Assembly (NCBI GenBank): GCA_963768575.1 | Contig: CAVYIJ010000001.1 | Location: forward strand, 9,106-73,105 | DNA from: an uncultured Halobacteria archaeon | Lineage (GTDB): Bacteria; Pseudomonadota; Gammaproteobacteria; UBA9214 | Reading direction: 5' to 3' | DNA length: 64,000 bases | Shown here: piece after piece, positions 19,172-28,485 of the stretch | Layout of the letters: each line of letters opens with the position of its first letter | Numbering within the stretch: position 1 is the first letter of the stretch | Translations under genes and position numbers: made by a program | The notes under the pieces: generated by a model | Databases searched by the model: none | Told to the model about the DNA's origin: nothing | The model's input: the letters and a program-made list of their open reading frames with translations, nothing else

Positions 19172-19428
19172 AGGGTATATGGCAAGGTGGGCGCTTCAGG
19201 CCCCTGCAGCGTGCAGTGTAACGTATTTAGCTGTTTTATTTATGTGTATTTGCAGTTCCGGCTGCTCCATAATGCCCGCGCTGATCATGCTCGCAGGATA
19301 AATTCAGCACCGTTATAATTGCAAGATTACCAGATAATCCCGGCGGTCTCGTCACCGGGGCCGCTATTTCGCCAGCAGGCAGGGGTATCTGCCAGCTGGC
19401 GCCACGACAGGGTGATAACCTCGAAAAT

Positions 19429-19911
19429 ATGAGTACTGTAAAAGTTCTGTTTGTTTGTATGGGTAATATCTGTCGCTCACCAACCGCTCAGGGCGTATTT
19501 GAGAAGCTGGTGGCGGAGCATGAACTGGCCGGGCTGATTCAGGTCGATTCGGCCGGCACGCACGCCTATCACATCGGTGAGGCACCCGATGCCAGGGCTG
19601 CAGAGGCGGCCAAACGGCGCGGGATCGATCTCGACAAGCAGCGGGCGCGACGTTTCAGCGCAGCGGATTTCGACGAATTCGATTATGTGCTGGCGATGGA
19701 CAGCAGTAATTTAGCTGATCTGGCGGAGATCTGCCCGCCGGAGCATAGCTCGCGGCTGCGACTGTTCCTGGAGTTTGCACCGATTTCCGGTATCACTGAT
19801 GTGCCGGACCCGTATTATGGCGGCGCCACCGGTTTCGAACGTGTTCTTGATATGATCGAAGAGGGAACAGCCGGGCTGCTGGCGGATATCCGTCAACAGC
19901 ACGGCATTTAG
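19429..19911 (+). CDS. ptpA: Low-molecular-weight protein tyrosine phosphatase
   Basis: VLFVCMGNICRSP P-loop motif; 160 aa. Confidence 0.85.
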   Translation: MSTVKVLFVCMGNICRSPTAQGVFEKLVAEHELAGLIQVDSAGTHAYHIGEAPDARAAEAAKRRGIDLDKQRARRFSAADFDEFDYVLAMDSSNLADLAEICPPEHSSRLRLFLEFAPISGITDVPDPYYGGATGFERVLDMIEEGTAGLLADIRQQHGI

Positions 19912-20032
19912 CCCCGTTATCGCAGCAGACCGGCCAGCGCACTGCCGGGCCGGTCGTGTTACCGGCTAGTCTGCATTCACGTTTTCCTTAACCGGAATCT
20001 TAACGTCACTGGTAACAGGCGGAGTGTTGCCG

Positions 20033-20686
20033 CTACTCCCCTGCGTGTGTCCATCTGTCCCGGTTGGCCTCTCGGCCGCGGCTTGTTGTGGTACAGGCTT
20101 TGACGGTGCTGTCGACAGACCCTTGTGCCGGTGACGGCCGTTCGGCGGGTGCCGGCGAGTCCGGGGCAGGGGTTTTGTCCCGGGACGCGGGGGTAGCCGT
20201 CTGCGAATTGCCCGGTTCCGACTGCGCCGGTTTTTGACTGTTTGCCGGACTGCCGGACGCAGCGGACTCCCTGCTGCCCTGTTCGCGATTTTGCCCGGAT
20301 GAGCGGCGTCTGCCACCCCGCCGTCCGCGCCTTGACCGCCGTTTCGGCTGGTCCTGCGCTTTTTCGTCCGCGCCACTGCCCTTGCTCTCGGGTGGAGTAC
20401 CGGCTGGTGTCGTCTGCTTCGGGGTTTCAGCGGGTTCCTGCCGGGCTGTTTGTGGCCGCGGACGGCTGGCGGCAGAGGACTGGCTGCCGCGCGCCGTGCC
20501 CTGGCGGTCATCCATGCGACGTCCGCTGCGGCTGCGATTACTGCTGCGACGTCCGCTGCTGCTTTTGCTACTGCTGCTAGTGCTGCTGCGCCGTTGACTC
20601 TGGGAGCGAGTGCCCTTGCTGACTGGCCGGCCAGCTGATTCACTCGGCCTCGGAACGGCCGGTACTGCCGCCAAACAGGCCGGCAA
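20033..20686 (-). other. rne: Arg/Ser/Pro/Glu-rich open frame that probably encodes the RNase E C-terminal scaffold (AR-rich RNA-binding region) in a shifted frame
   Basis: ...KRRSRRGRRGGRRRSSGQNREQG... in a frame offset from the catalytic ORF. Codon usage (AGC/CGC) fits this frame better than the Ala-rich alternative frame 19966-20643. Confidence 0.45.
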
Positions 20687-22391
20687 ACAGGCGCTTCAAC
20701 AGGCCGGGTTTGCCAGGTTTGCTTTTGCGGCGCACGACGGTCTTGCTGGCCGGTGCCGGCGCCGGCGCCGGTGCAGGCACCGATGCGGCTTGCCTGACAG
20801 ACTTGACCGCCGGGACTTCTGCAGTGGCGGTCGACTCCGCCAGTGTTGCCGCGGGTACGGTTTCCTCGGGAGTCATGGTCAGATCATAACTTGCGACATC
20901 CACGTCGCCGATGCTTTCATCCGTGCGAATGCGCTGTACGTCGAAATTGGGTGTTTCCAGGGCCGGTGACGGGATCAACATGACAGAAATTTTATGGCGT
21001 GCTTCAAGTTCGGCCAGCAGATCGCGCTTTTCATTCAACAGGTAGGTGCCGACATCGACCGGGACATGCGCAATGACTCGCTGCGTATTGTCCTTCATGA
21101 CCTCTTCCTCGATGATGCGTAATACCGACAGCGACAGTGATTCAACGCCGCGTATGGTGCCCTGGCCGGTACAACGCGGGCAGACGATCTGGCTGGATTC
21201 GCCAAGCGAGGGCCGGAGCCGCTGGCGTGACATTTCCAGCAGGCCGAAACGTGATATTCGCCCTATCTGCACGCGCGCACGGTCGACCTTGAGCGCATCA
21301 CGCAGGCGGTTTTCGACTTCGCGCAGGTTGCGGGCGGGTTGCATGTCGATGAAATCGATCACGATGAGGCCGCCTATGTCGCGGATACGCAGCTGGCGTG
21401 CCACCTCGTCAGCCGCCTCAAGGTTGGTATTCAGGGCGGTTTCCTCGATGTCGCTGCCCTTGGTGGCGCGCGCCGAGTTGACGTCAACGGAGATCAGTGC
21501 CTCGGTGTGGTCGATGACCACGGCGCCGCCGGAGGGCAGCCTGACTTCACGCTGAAACGCGGACTCGATCTGTGACTCGATCTGAAAGCGGCTGAAAAGC
21601 GGTATCCGGTCCTGGTAAAGTTTCAGCTTGCCGAGGTTGTGCGGCATCACGCGTTCCATGAACTCGCTGGCCTCGTCGAAGACCTCCTTGCTGTCGATCA
21701 GGATCTCTGTGACATCATTGCGCAGGTAATCACGCAGGGCGCGGATAATGACATTGCTTTCCTGGTAGACCAGGAAGGGGGCGGGTTTTTCGCTTGCGGC
21801 CTGGTCAATGACGGACCAGAGATGGACCAGGTAATCGAGGTCCCATTGCAACTCCTCGCTGCTGCGGCCGATGCCGGCGGTGCGTACGATCATGCCCATA
21901 TCTTCCGGGATGGTCATACTGCTGATGGCATCACGCACCAGGTTGCGGTCTTCGCCCTGGATACGGCGTGAAACGCCGCCGGCACGCGGGTTATTCGGCA
22001 TCAGGACCAGGTAGCGCCCGGCCAGGCTGATGAATGTGGTGAGCGCGGCGCCCTTGTTGCCGCGTTCTTCTTTCTCTACCTGGACGACCAGTTCCTGGCC
22101 CTCTCGCAGGGCATCCTTGATGCTGAGACGGCCACTTGCCTGGCGAGCTTCGTCGGTGAAATAGCTGCGGGCGATTTCCTTCAAGGGCAGGAAGCCATGA
22201 CGGTTGCCGCCGTAATCGACAAAGGCCGCTTCGAGACTGGGCTCGATGCGGGTTATTTTGCCTTTATATACGTTGGATTTTTTCTGTCCCCGGGCGGGTA
22301 CCTCAATATCGAGATCGTAGAGTTTCTGGCCATCGACCATGGCGACACGCAGCTCTTCGGGCTGCGAGGTATTGATCAGCATTCGTTTCAT
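20640..22391 (-). CDS. rne: Ribonuclease E, N-terminal catalytic half plus membrane-targeting helix. The in-frame stop falls right after the helix, which suggests a frameshift relative to the C-terminal scaffold region.
   Basis: Start [21 protein letters not shown] at 22391, S1/DNase I-like catalytic region; the frame ends ...[21 protein letters not shown] at 20640. Confidence 0.8.
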   Translation of the reverse strand: MKRMLINTSQPEELRVAMVDGQKLYDLDIEVPARGQKKSNVYKGKITRIEPSLEAAFVDYGGNRHGFLPLKEIARSYFTDEARQASGRLSIKDALREGQELVVQVEKEERGNKGAALTTFISLAGRYLVLMPNNPRAGGVSRRIQGEDRNLVRDAISSMTIPEDMGMIVRTAGIGRSSEELQWDLDYLVHLWSVIDQAASEKPAPFLVYQESNVIIRALRDYLRNDVTEILIDSKEVFDEASEFMERVMPHNLGKLKLYQDRIPLFSRFQIESQIESAFQREVRLPSGGAVVIDHTEALISVDVNSARATKGSDIEETALNTNLEAADEVARQLRIRDIGGLIVIDFIDMQPARNLREVENRLRDALKVDRARVQIGRISRFGLLEMSRQRLRPSLGESSQIVCPRCTGQGTIRGVESLSLSVLRIIEEEVMKDNTQRVIAHVPVDVGTYLLNEKRDLLAELEARHKISVMLIPSPALETPNFDVQRIRTDESIGDVDVASYDLTMTPEETVPAATLAESTATAEVPAVKSVRQAASVPAPAPAPAPASKTVVRRKSKPGKPGLLKRLFAGLFGGSTGRSEAE

Positions 22392-22807
22392 ATAATTTGT
22401 CTCTCGTCCGCTCAACCCGGTTACGCGTGCAGTCGGGTAGCCGACTGGCCCGTACAATGGCCATTTGCCAGTCAATGGGAATGAGAAATCCCATCAAGAG
22501 GGTGAGGCAGGTATTCACTGTGCTGGACGGTTGCTGTGCGTATTCCATGGGAGCGCTTGTTGATTATTTGATAGTATTGTTTACAACATACAGCTGGAAA
22601 TAATTGGGGATGCAGGTTGATACATGCGGCCAACAGCCCCGGCAAAAATGGTTTGCTCGGAATCGGTAATTTACGGCGGGTCGCCGGTTTATCTCAAAAT
22701 CCGAGGCAGCACTATAACAATCTTGTCCAATACCCGCAAACATGCGCGGTTATATGCCGTACAGGCATTGTGGTCATAATCACACCAACAGTCATTGGAA
22801 TTCCTTT
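22392..22807. promoter_or_regulatory. Divergent rne / rluC intergenic region including the long rne 5' UTR
   Basis: 416 bp between divergent starts. In enterobacteria the rne leader is an autoregulatory structured UTR; that has not been checked here. Confidence 0.4.
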
Positions 22808-23755
22808 ATGAACGAACGCGTTGCGCAAAATCATCCGCAGGTACGGCAGGTCAGCGTGTCGGCAGAGGAGGCGGGCCAACGAATTGACAATTTCCTGGCG
22901 CGTTACCTGAAGGGGGTGCCTCGCAGTCACATCTATCGCATCCTGCGGCGGGGTGAAGTCCGGGTCAACAGCGGGCGCATCAAGGCACAGTACAAGGTTT
23001 GCGCCGGCGACACGGTGCGCATCCCTCCGGTGCGGGTGTCCGCGGTCTCCGTGCAATCGGGCAAGGTACCGGGCGGTCTGGCGCAACACATCGTGTTCGA
23101 GAACGAGCGTTGGCTGGTCATCAACAAGCCGGCCGGTCTCGCCGTGCATGGCGGCAGCGGGCTGAGTCTCGGCCTGATCGAGGCGCTGCGTGCCGAGCGT
23201 CCCGCGGCGCCCTACCTGGAACTGGCCCACCGGCTGGACCGCGAGACGTCCGGTTGCCTGGTGATTGCCAAACGCCGCAGTTTTTTGCGTGCCTTTCACG
23301 AACAATTGCGGGCAGGCGAGGTCGAAAAATATTACCTGGCACTGGTCGCGGGCAACTGGTCCGGTGGCGAGCGGACGGTCGATGCGCCGTTGCGCAAGAA
23401 CACGCTGCAAGGCGGTGAGCGGGTTGTCCGCGTGGACGCGGGCGGCAAGACGGCCGTGACGCTGTTCAGGCCGGTGGACCGTTTTAACGGGGCGACCCTG
23501 GTGGAAGTGGACCTGCAGACCGGGCGGACCCACCAGATCCGTGTCCACGCTGCCCATATCGGTCATCCGCTGGCCGGTGACGGTAAATACGGTGACCCGG
23601 CGTTCAACGCGGACATGCGCAAACTGGAATTGCGCCGCATGTTCCTGCATGCGCACCGCGTGGTTTTCAATGACACGTCGGGCGCGGTGATCGATATCAG
23701 CGCGCCGCTTGATGACAAACTCAAGGCTGTTCTGGACCGGCTGGAGTCGTCATAA
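22808..23755 (+). CDS. rluC: 23S rRNA pseudouridine synthase RluC (S4 domain + RluA-family catalytic domain)
   Basis: MNERVAQNHPQVRQVSV..., HRLDRETSG catalytic motif; divergent from rne as in E. coli and Pseudomonas. Confidence 0.85.
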   Translation: MNERVAQNHPQVRQVSVSAEEAGQRIDNFLARYLKGVPRSHIYRILRRGEVRVNSGRIKAQYKVCAGDTVRIPPVRVSAVSVQSGKVPGGLAQHIVFENERWLVINKPAGLAVHGGSGLSLGLIEALRAERPAAPYLELAHRLDRETSGCLVIAKRRSFLRAFHEQLRAGEVEKYYLALVAGNWSGGERTVDAPLRKNTLQGGERVVRVDAGGKTAVTLFRPVDRFNGATLVEVDLQTGRTHQIRVHAAHIGHPLAGDGKYGDPAFNADMRKLELRRMFLHAHRVVFNDTSGAVIDISAPLDDKLKAVLDRLESS

Positions 23756-23818
23756 TCCTGTCTTGCATAACAGGGAATCGCCGATCGATCGGCAATTACC
23801 GCAGTTTCGATGTGAACA

Positions 23819-24484
23819 ATGACCAGTTCTATTAAATTTATCGTGTTTGACTGGGACGGGACGCTGATGGATTCGGAGGCGCAGATCGTTTCCTGCCTGC
23901 ATTCGTCCATCGCCGATATGGGCCTGGCGCCAATGGATGACGATACGGTGAAGAATATTATCGGGCTGGGCCTGCGCGAGGCCATCGATACACTGGTGCC
24001 GGGGCGGGATGCCGCTTTCCACCAGGCGTTCGTCGCGGCCTACCGCGAACACTGGTTTGCCTCGGAGGGCTCATCCCTGTTCGAGGGGGCCCGCGAGATG
24101 CTGGACCTGTTCAAATCGCACGATTTCCTGCTCGGTATCGCGACCGGCAAGGCGCGGCGCGGCCTGTTGCGGGTACTGGAGGAGACCGGGCTGAGCGATT
24201 ATTTCGACGCCACGCGCTGCTCCGACGAGGCACTGTCCAAGCCGCATCCGCAAATGTTGCTGGACTTGATGGATGAATTACGAATTTCACCACAGGAAAC
24301 GGTCATGGTGGGTGACACCGAGTACGATATGGAGATGGCAACCAATGCCGGGGCGGGTAAAATCGCGGTGCGTACGGGGGTGCATTCAGTCGAGCGGCTC
24401 AACCGGCACGACCCGCTGGTCTGCCTGGATGATGTAAGCAAGATGCCGGCCTGGATGGCCGATGCAGGACACATACCTGACTGA
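23819..24484 (+). CDS. HAD-superfamily hydrolase (phosphoglycolate phosphatase-like)
   Basis: FDWDGTLMDS motif I, GIATGK, VGDTEYD. Confidence 0.8.
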   Translation: MTSSIKFIVFDWDGTLMDSEAQIVSCLHSSIADMGLAPMDDDTVKNIIGLGLREAIDTLVPGRDAAFHQAFVAAYREHWFASEGSSLFEGAREMLDLFKSHDFLLGIATGKARRGLLRVLEETGLSDYFDATRCSDEALSKPHPQMLLDLMDELRISPQETVMVGDTEYDMEMATNAGAGKIAVRTGVHSVERLNRHDPLVCLDDVSKMPAWMADAGHIPD

Positions 24485-24613
24485 GAGACCGCATATACTT
24501 TATTAAATCATTTCATTTCGATAGCTGCGCGGCAACCTCGTAAACAGGATCATTTCTGATATTGCCGCGTCATATTGTTAACCGCGATGACGGCTAACCA
24601 GGGAGCACACTGG

Positions 24614-25588
24614 ATGTTTGACAAGAACCAATCTGATGAAATTGCACGCGAGGGTGATGGCTGGCCTCGTGACGTTATGGAACGCCTGGTGTTTGCCGCC
24701 GTTACCGAGCAGCGGCGTGCCCGCCGCTGGAGTGTCTTCTTCAAGATCCTGCTGGCACTGTACCTGCTCGCCTTGCTGTTCCTGTACACGCCGCGCGACT
24801 GGTCCTCGATGACGAAGGCCGGCGAAAAGCACACGGCACTGGTGGAGCTGTCCGGCCCGATATCCGACGCCGCCGAGGCCGGTGCCGATACGGTCATCAG
24901 CGGTTTGCGCGATGCCTTCGATGACGAGAAAACGGCCGGCGTCATTCTGCGCGCCAACTCGCCCGGAGGCAGCCCGGTGCAGTCCGCCTATATCTATGAC
25001 GAAATTCGCCGCTTGCGCGAGTTGCACCCGGACACGAAATTGTATGCCGTGGTGACCGATATCTGCGCGTCCGGTTGCTACTATATCGTCTCGGCGGCTG
25101 ACGAGATTTATGTGAACAAGTCCAGTATCGTCGGCTCGATCGGCGTGCGCATGGACAGCTTCGGTTTTGTCGATACCATGGAAAAACTGGGTATCGAGCG
25201 GCGGCTGTACACGGCCGGCGAAAGCAAGGGTTTTCTTGACCCGTTCACGCCGAGCAAGGAATCTGACGTCGTGCATGTCAAACAACTGCTGGGCGATATC
25301 CATGAAAAATTCAAGAGCGATGTGATGGCAGGGCGCGGCGACCGACTCAAGGAACAGCCGCAATTGTTCTCCGGCCTGGTATGGGCCGGCAGCGAGGGCG
25401 TCGAGATGGGACTGGCCGATCATTTCGGCAGTTCCGGCTACGTCGCACGCGAGGTCATCGGCGCGGAAGAGATCGTCGACTTCACGCAGAAACCGGACCT
25501 GCTGGAACGCATCAGCGACCGCATCGGCGTGGCCATGGCGCGCGCGATGAGTGAACTGGTTCTGGAAGGTACGGGGACGGTTAAATAA
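24614..25588 (+). CDS. sppA: Signal peptide peptidase SppA (S49 family, 36K type)
   Basis: TDICASGCYYIVSAADEIYVNKSSIVGSIGV; alternative upstream start at 24575. Confidence 0.85.
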   Translation: MFDKNQSDEIAREGDGWPRDVMERLVFAAVTEQRRARRWSVFFKILLALYLLALLFLYTPRDWSSMTKAGEKHTALVELSGPISDAAEAGADTVISGLRDAFDDEKTAGVILRANSPGGSPVQSAYIYDEIRRLRELHPDTKLYAVVTDICASGCYYIVSAADEIYVNKSSIVGSIGVRMDSFGFVDTMEKLGIERRLYTAGESKGFLDPFTPSKESDVVHVKQLLGDIHEKFKSDVMAGRGDRLKEQPQLFSGLVWAGSEGVEMGLADHFGSSGYVAREVIGAEEIVDFTQKPDLLERISDRIGVAMARAMSELVLEGTGTVK

Positions 25589-25683
25589 TTTGCTTTGCAG
25601 GAGCGCCTTTGCCTGCATGGACGTAAGTACATCGCGTAGCGCAGGGATGCGTGTGAGCGATGCAGGCGCGATAAGATAAAAAA

Positions 25684-25779
25684 ATATCTCACGCAGAGGC
25701 GCAAAGGCGCAGAGAAAAGATATAAATAATTGCCACAGAGAACACAGAGAAATTAAATTGCCTGGGTTGAGTGATAACA
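25684..25779 (+). repeat. REP/MITE-like element, copy 1 (~100 bp)
   Basis: Core ATATCTCACGCAGAGGCGCAAAGGCGCAGAGAAAA...GCCACAGAGAACACAGAGAAAT..ATTGCCTGGGTTGAGTGATAAC; related copies at 27060-27165, 30112-30207, 30365-30470, 37432-37484 and 63375-63402. Confidence 0.8.
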
Positions 25780-25825
25780 TTTAAGCCCAGTCGCGCGCGT
25801 TAGCGCATCTGACTGGGGCGACTTG

Positions 25826-26113
25826 TTATGCTGCTGATATTTTCTTCACATTCAATTTGTCACGTTTCTTTTCGGCTTCCCATAGATCGTACTGTGACTG
25901 CTGGTTCAGCCAGCTTTCGGAAGAGGTACCGAAAGCTAAGGAGAGACGTACTGCCATCTCAGGACTAATTCCAGAACGGCCATTAAGGATCGACGATAAC
26001 GTCTTACGGGTTACGCCCAGCGCTTCGGCAGCCTCAGTAATACTCAGCCCTAAAGGCTCAATACATAGTTCCCGCAGAACTTCACCTGGATGTGGGGGAT
26101 TGTGCATCTTCAT
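25826..26113 (-). CDS. higA: HigA antitoxin (HTH_XRE addiction-module antidote)
   Basis: 95 aa, [24 protein letters not shown]; downstream of higB, spaced by 9 bp. Confidence 0.8.
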   Translation of the reverse strand: MKMHNPPHPGEVLRELCIEPLGLSITEAAEALGVTRKTLSSILNGRSGISPEMAVRLSLAFGTSSESWLNQQSQYDLWEAEKKRDKLNVKKISAA

Positions 26114-26122
26114 CAGTACACC

Positions 26123-26401
26123 TCAATGATAGTCTTCATAATCTACTGTTTCTGCATCTTTGCCCTTAAAACGGAATGTCACGCGCCAGTTACCGCTCAC
26201 CCAAACTGACCAAATACTTTTACGTTTTCCACCCAACTCATGCAAATTGAGACCTGGCAGATCCATATCCTTGGGATTTGTTGATGCATTTAAACGGCCC
26301 AATATTAACTTCAGCCGATTAGCGTGCTTGGCCTGAATTCCTGACTTGGTTCCTTTCAAAAAGAATCTTTCAAGACCTTTGTGCTTGAAACTCCTTATCA
26401 T
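26123..26401 (-). CDS. higB: HigB toxin (RelE/ParE superfamily, HigB-like killer protein)
   Basis: 92 aa MIRSFKHKGLERFF...WRVTFRF; toxin-upstream-of-antitoxin order typical of higBA. Confidence 0.8.
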   Translation of the reverse strand: MIRSFKHKGLERFFLKGTKSGIQAKHANRLKLILGRLNASTNPKDMDLPGLNLHELGGKRKSIWSVWVSGNWRVTFRFKGKDAETVDYEDYH

Positions 26402-26529
26402 AGGCAGTAAGTGTAACCTATAACGTTACGGGTTACAAGCTGATGATTGTAGCATAACGACTGAAGTGAGCCGCGCCTGCGAAGCAGGCGTCGGGCCCGC
26501 CTGGAAGGCGGGCGTACTCGACTGACTTG

Positions 26530-26847
26530 TTATGTGTTTTCAATGTCACTGTTAGCTCTTAAATCAAATACTGTTACTGCATTTTGCGGAGAATTATATG
26601 GAAACTCATATAACAAACCTGCTTCAATCCCTTTACAGAACCACGAGAAACGAACGCCTGGAGGTGAGATGTATCTATCATTTGTTTTCCAATACTCTTC
26701 AGATGCTTCAAAGTTTCCACAGACATAGTTATTGCAAGTTCGAGATGGCAATTCAACGTCATGAAAGCTGCAGAACTCTATACCCTCTCTGATCTTCTTA
26801 TAATTTGCGCAATAAACGCAATCTAGAGAACCTTTACCATTAGCCAT
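26530..26847 (-). CDS. Cys-rich small hypothetical protein (105 aa), encoded in an AT-rich segment
   Basis: Seven Cys (CVYC...CSFH...C..C...C); local GC is about 40% against about 62% genome background; lies inside the repeat-bounded higBA cassette. Confidence 0.45.
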   Translation of the reverse strand: MANGKGSLDCVYCANYKKIREGIEFCSFHDVELPSRTCNNYVCGNFEASEEYWKTNDRYISPPGVRFSWFCKGIEAGLLYEFPYNSPQNAVTVFDLRANSDIENT

Positions 26848-27059
26848 AGCAATATTTACACATAACTACTATTGGGCGAACGAATGCTCGTTTTGTAAAG
26901 GATATGCATTGACCATAACTATAATCGATGATCCATCAGTTCAACAGCTTAAAGCGATTAATGCGTGTTATGGAGACCTAAATTACACGCAATAGCGTAC
27001 ATTCAACAGCACAGTTATTCGGAAGGATACGGTAATGTTCCAACATTTGCTGTTCTCGA

Positions 27060-27165
27060 CACGCCTGGCAAATAATTGGGGTCAGAGCACAATTGTTCCT
27101 ATGTGTTCTCGGTAGCAATTATTTGATCTTTTCTCTGCGCCTTGGCGCCTCTGCGTGAGGCGATT
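27060..27165 (-). repeat. REP/MITE-like element, copy 2 (inverted relative to copy 1)
   Basis: Reverse complement reads ...CTCACGCAGAGGCGCCAAGGCGCAGAGAAAAGATCAAATAATTGCTACCGAGAACACATAGGAAC... Confidence 0.7.
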
Positions 27166-27174
27166 TTAAGGTTG

Positions 27175-28458
27175 TTATCCAGGCCGGCGGAATTGCCTCA
27201 GCCAGTTACCGAACTTCTCGGCCGGCATCGGTTTGGCGACTATGTAGCCCTGGACCTTGTCGCAGTCCAGTTTTCTCAATGCCGCAAGGGTATCCGGGTC
27301 CTCGGCGCCTTCCGCCACCACGGAAAGTCCGAACTTGTGCGCCAGGTCAATGATCAGGGCAACGATCTTGGCGTTGGCCTCGTCTTCCAGGAGGCCGGCT
27401 ACAAATGAACGGTCGATTTTCAGTTCATCCGCCGGGATGTCCCGGAAATAGGACAGGCTGGAATAGCCCGTACCGAAATCATCAATCGATATCCTGATAC
27501 CCTCGCTGCGCAGCTCTTTGAGTTTTGCGAAACAATTCTCTACGTCCTCCACGAAGTTTTGTTCCAGAACTTCCAGTGAAAGCGTTATATTTCCGTTGCC
27601 CCATAAACCGTCGGAACTGAGGACAAGGTCGACAAAGTCAGGCTGCTCGAGCAGTTTCGTGGGGATATTGACCGAAACATCCAGTGCGCCCCATTGTTCC
27701 GTCCATTCGTTGCTCAAGCGCAATGCACTATTAAGCATCCAGACCGTGATTGGTTTTATCAGCCCCAGTTCTTCAGCAACCGGCAGAAAGATGCCCGGGG
27801 CGAGCAGGCCGCGTGAGGGACTGTTCCAGCGAATCAATGCCTCTGCGCCGGTTGGCTTTCCGGTGGACAGTGATATTTTAGGCTGGAAGTAGACGCACAG
27901 TTCCGAATTATCAATTGCCCTGGCCAGCTCGATCTCTATATCCCAGTTGCCTGAAATAATTAACTCTTCGGGGGCATCTGCGATACTGAAGAACTCCTCG
28001 GTACGTTTTGACTTGTCCAGTGCAGCCTCGGCCTGCTTGAGCATGTCATTTGCCTCGGAACTGTGTACAGGGCACAGGGCAATGCCGACATGGGCGCTAC
28101 AGGCCAGTTTTCCGCTATCCAGCTCGACCGGGAGGTCGAGCAGCCGCTGTATCTTGAATGCGGCAAGAGTTGCATGACCTTCATTGACAATGCCGGATAG
28201 CAGCAGGGCAAATTCATTATCACCAATTCTGGCGATGTAATCCCCTTGCCGCTTGACCTTGCCCAGTATATCTGCAAATGAGCGCAGCACGCGGTCGCCG
28301 GCTTCATGGCCATACGTGCTGTTTATCCTGCGAAAGCGATCGATCTTGATGATGAATAACGCGATCATTATCGCGTGCTCGTTGGATTCCTTTACTTGCC
28401 CGCTAAGGATTTCCATGAACTGCTGGCGATCGGGTAACCCGGTAATGGTGTCGGTCAT
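27175..28458 (-). CDS. Degenerate-GGDEF / EAL protein (predicted c-di-GMP phosphodiesterase)
   Basis: 427 aa. The GGDEF position reads RIGDNEF (degenerate). The EAL domain has EALIRW, DDFGTGYSSL and the QGY motif intact. Confidence 0.85.
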   Translation of the reverse strand: MTDTITGLPDRQQFMEILSGQVKESNEHAIMIALFIIKIDRFRRINSTYGHEAGDRVLRSFADILGKVKRQGDYIARIGDNEFALLLSGIVNEGHATLAAFKIQRLLDLPVELDSGKLACSAHVGIALCPVHSSEANDMLKQAEAALDKSKRTEEFFSIADAPEELIISGNWDIEIELARAIDNSELCVYFQPKISLSTGKPTGAEALIRWNSPSRGLLAPGIFLPVAEELGLIKPITVWMLNSALRLSNEWTEQWGALDVSVNIPTKLLEQPDFVDLVLSSDGLWGNGNITLSLEVLEQNFVEDVENCFAKLKELRSEGIRISIDDFGTGYSSLSYFRDIPADELKIDRSFVAGLLEDEANAKIVALIIDLAHKFGLSVVAEGAEDPDTLAALRKLDCDKVQGYIVAKPMPAEKFGNWLRQFRRPG

Positions 28459-28485
28459 GATATCAACACAACGGATATCCGGGGA

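Noticed and set aside
19172-19428. Intergenic gaps (also 11219-11349, 25589-25683) scanned for tRNA, sRNA or riboswitch-like structure
   Set aside because: I could recognise no cloverleaf-compatible segments or conserved riboswitch motifs by eye. An absence call is weak without tRNAscan or Infernal.
19966-20643. 225-aa Ala/Arg-rich minus-strand ORF starting right at the rne stop
   Set aside because: It has GCA-rich codon usage atypical for this genome and is a third-frame artefact of the Ser/Arg-rich rne C-terminal coding region. The 20033-20686 frame is the more plausible continuation.
22712-23656. 314-aa minus-strand ORF
   Set aside because: It is antisense to rluC.
24578-25780. 400-aa minus-strand ORF
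   Set aside because: It is antisense to sppA and runs into the repeat element.
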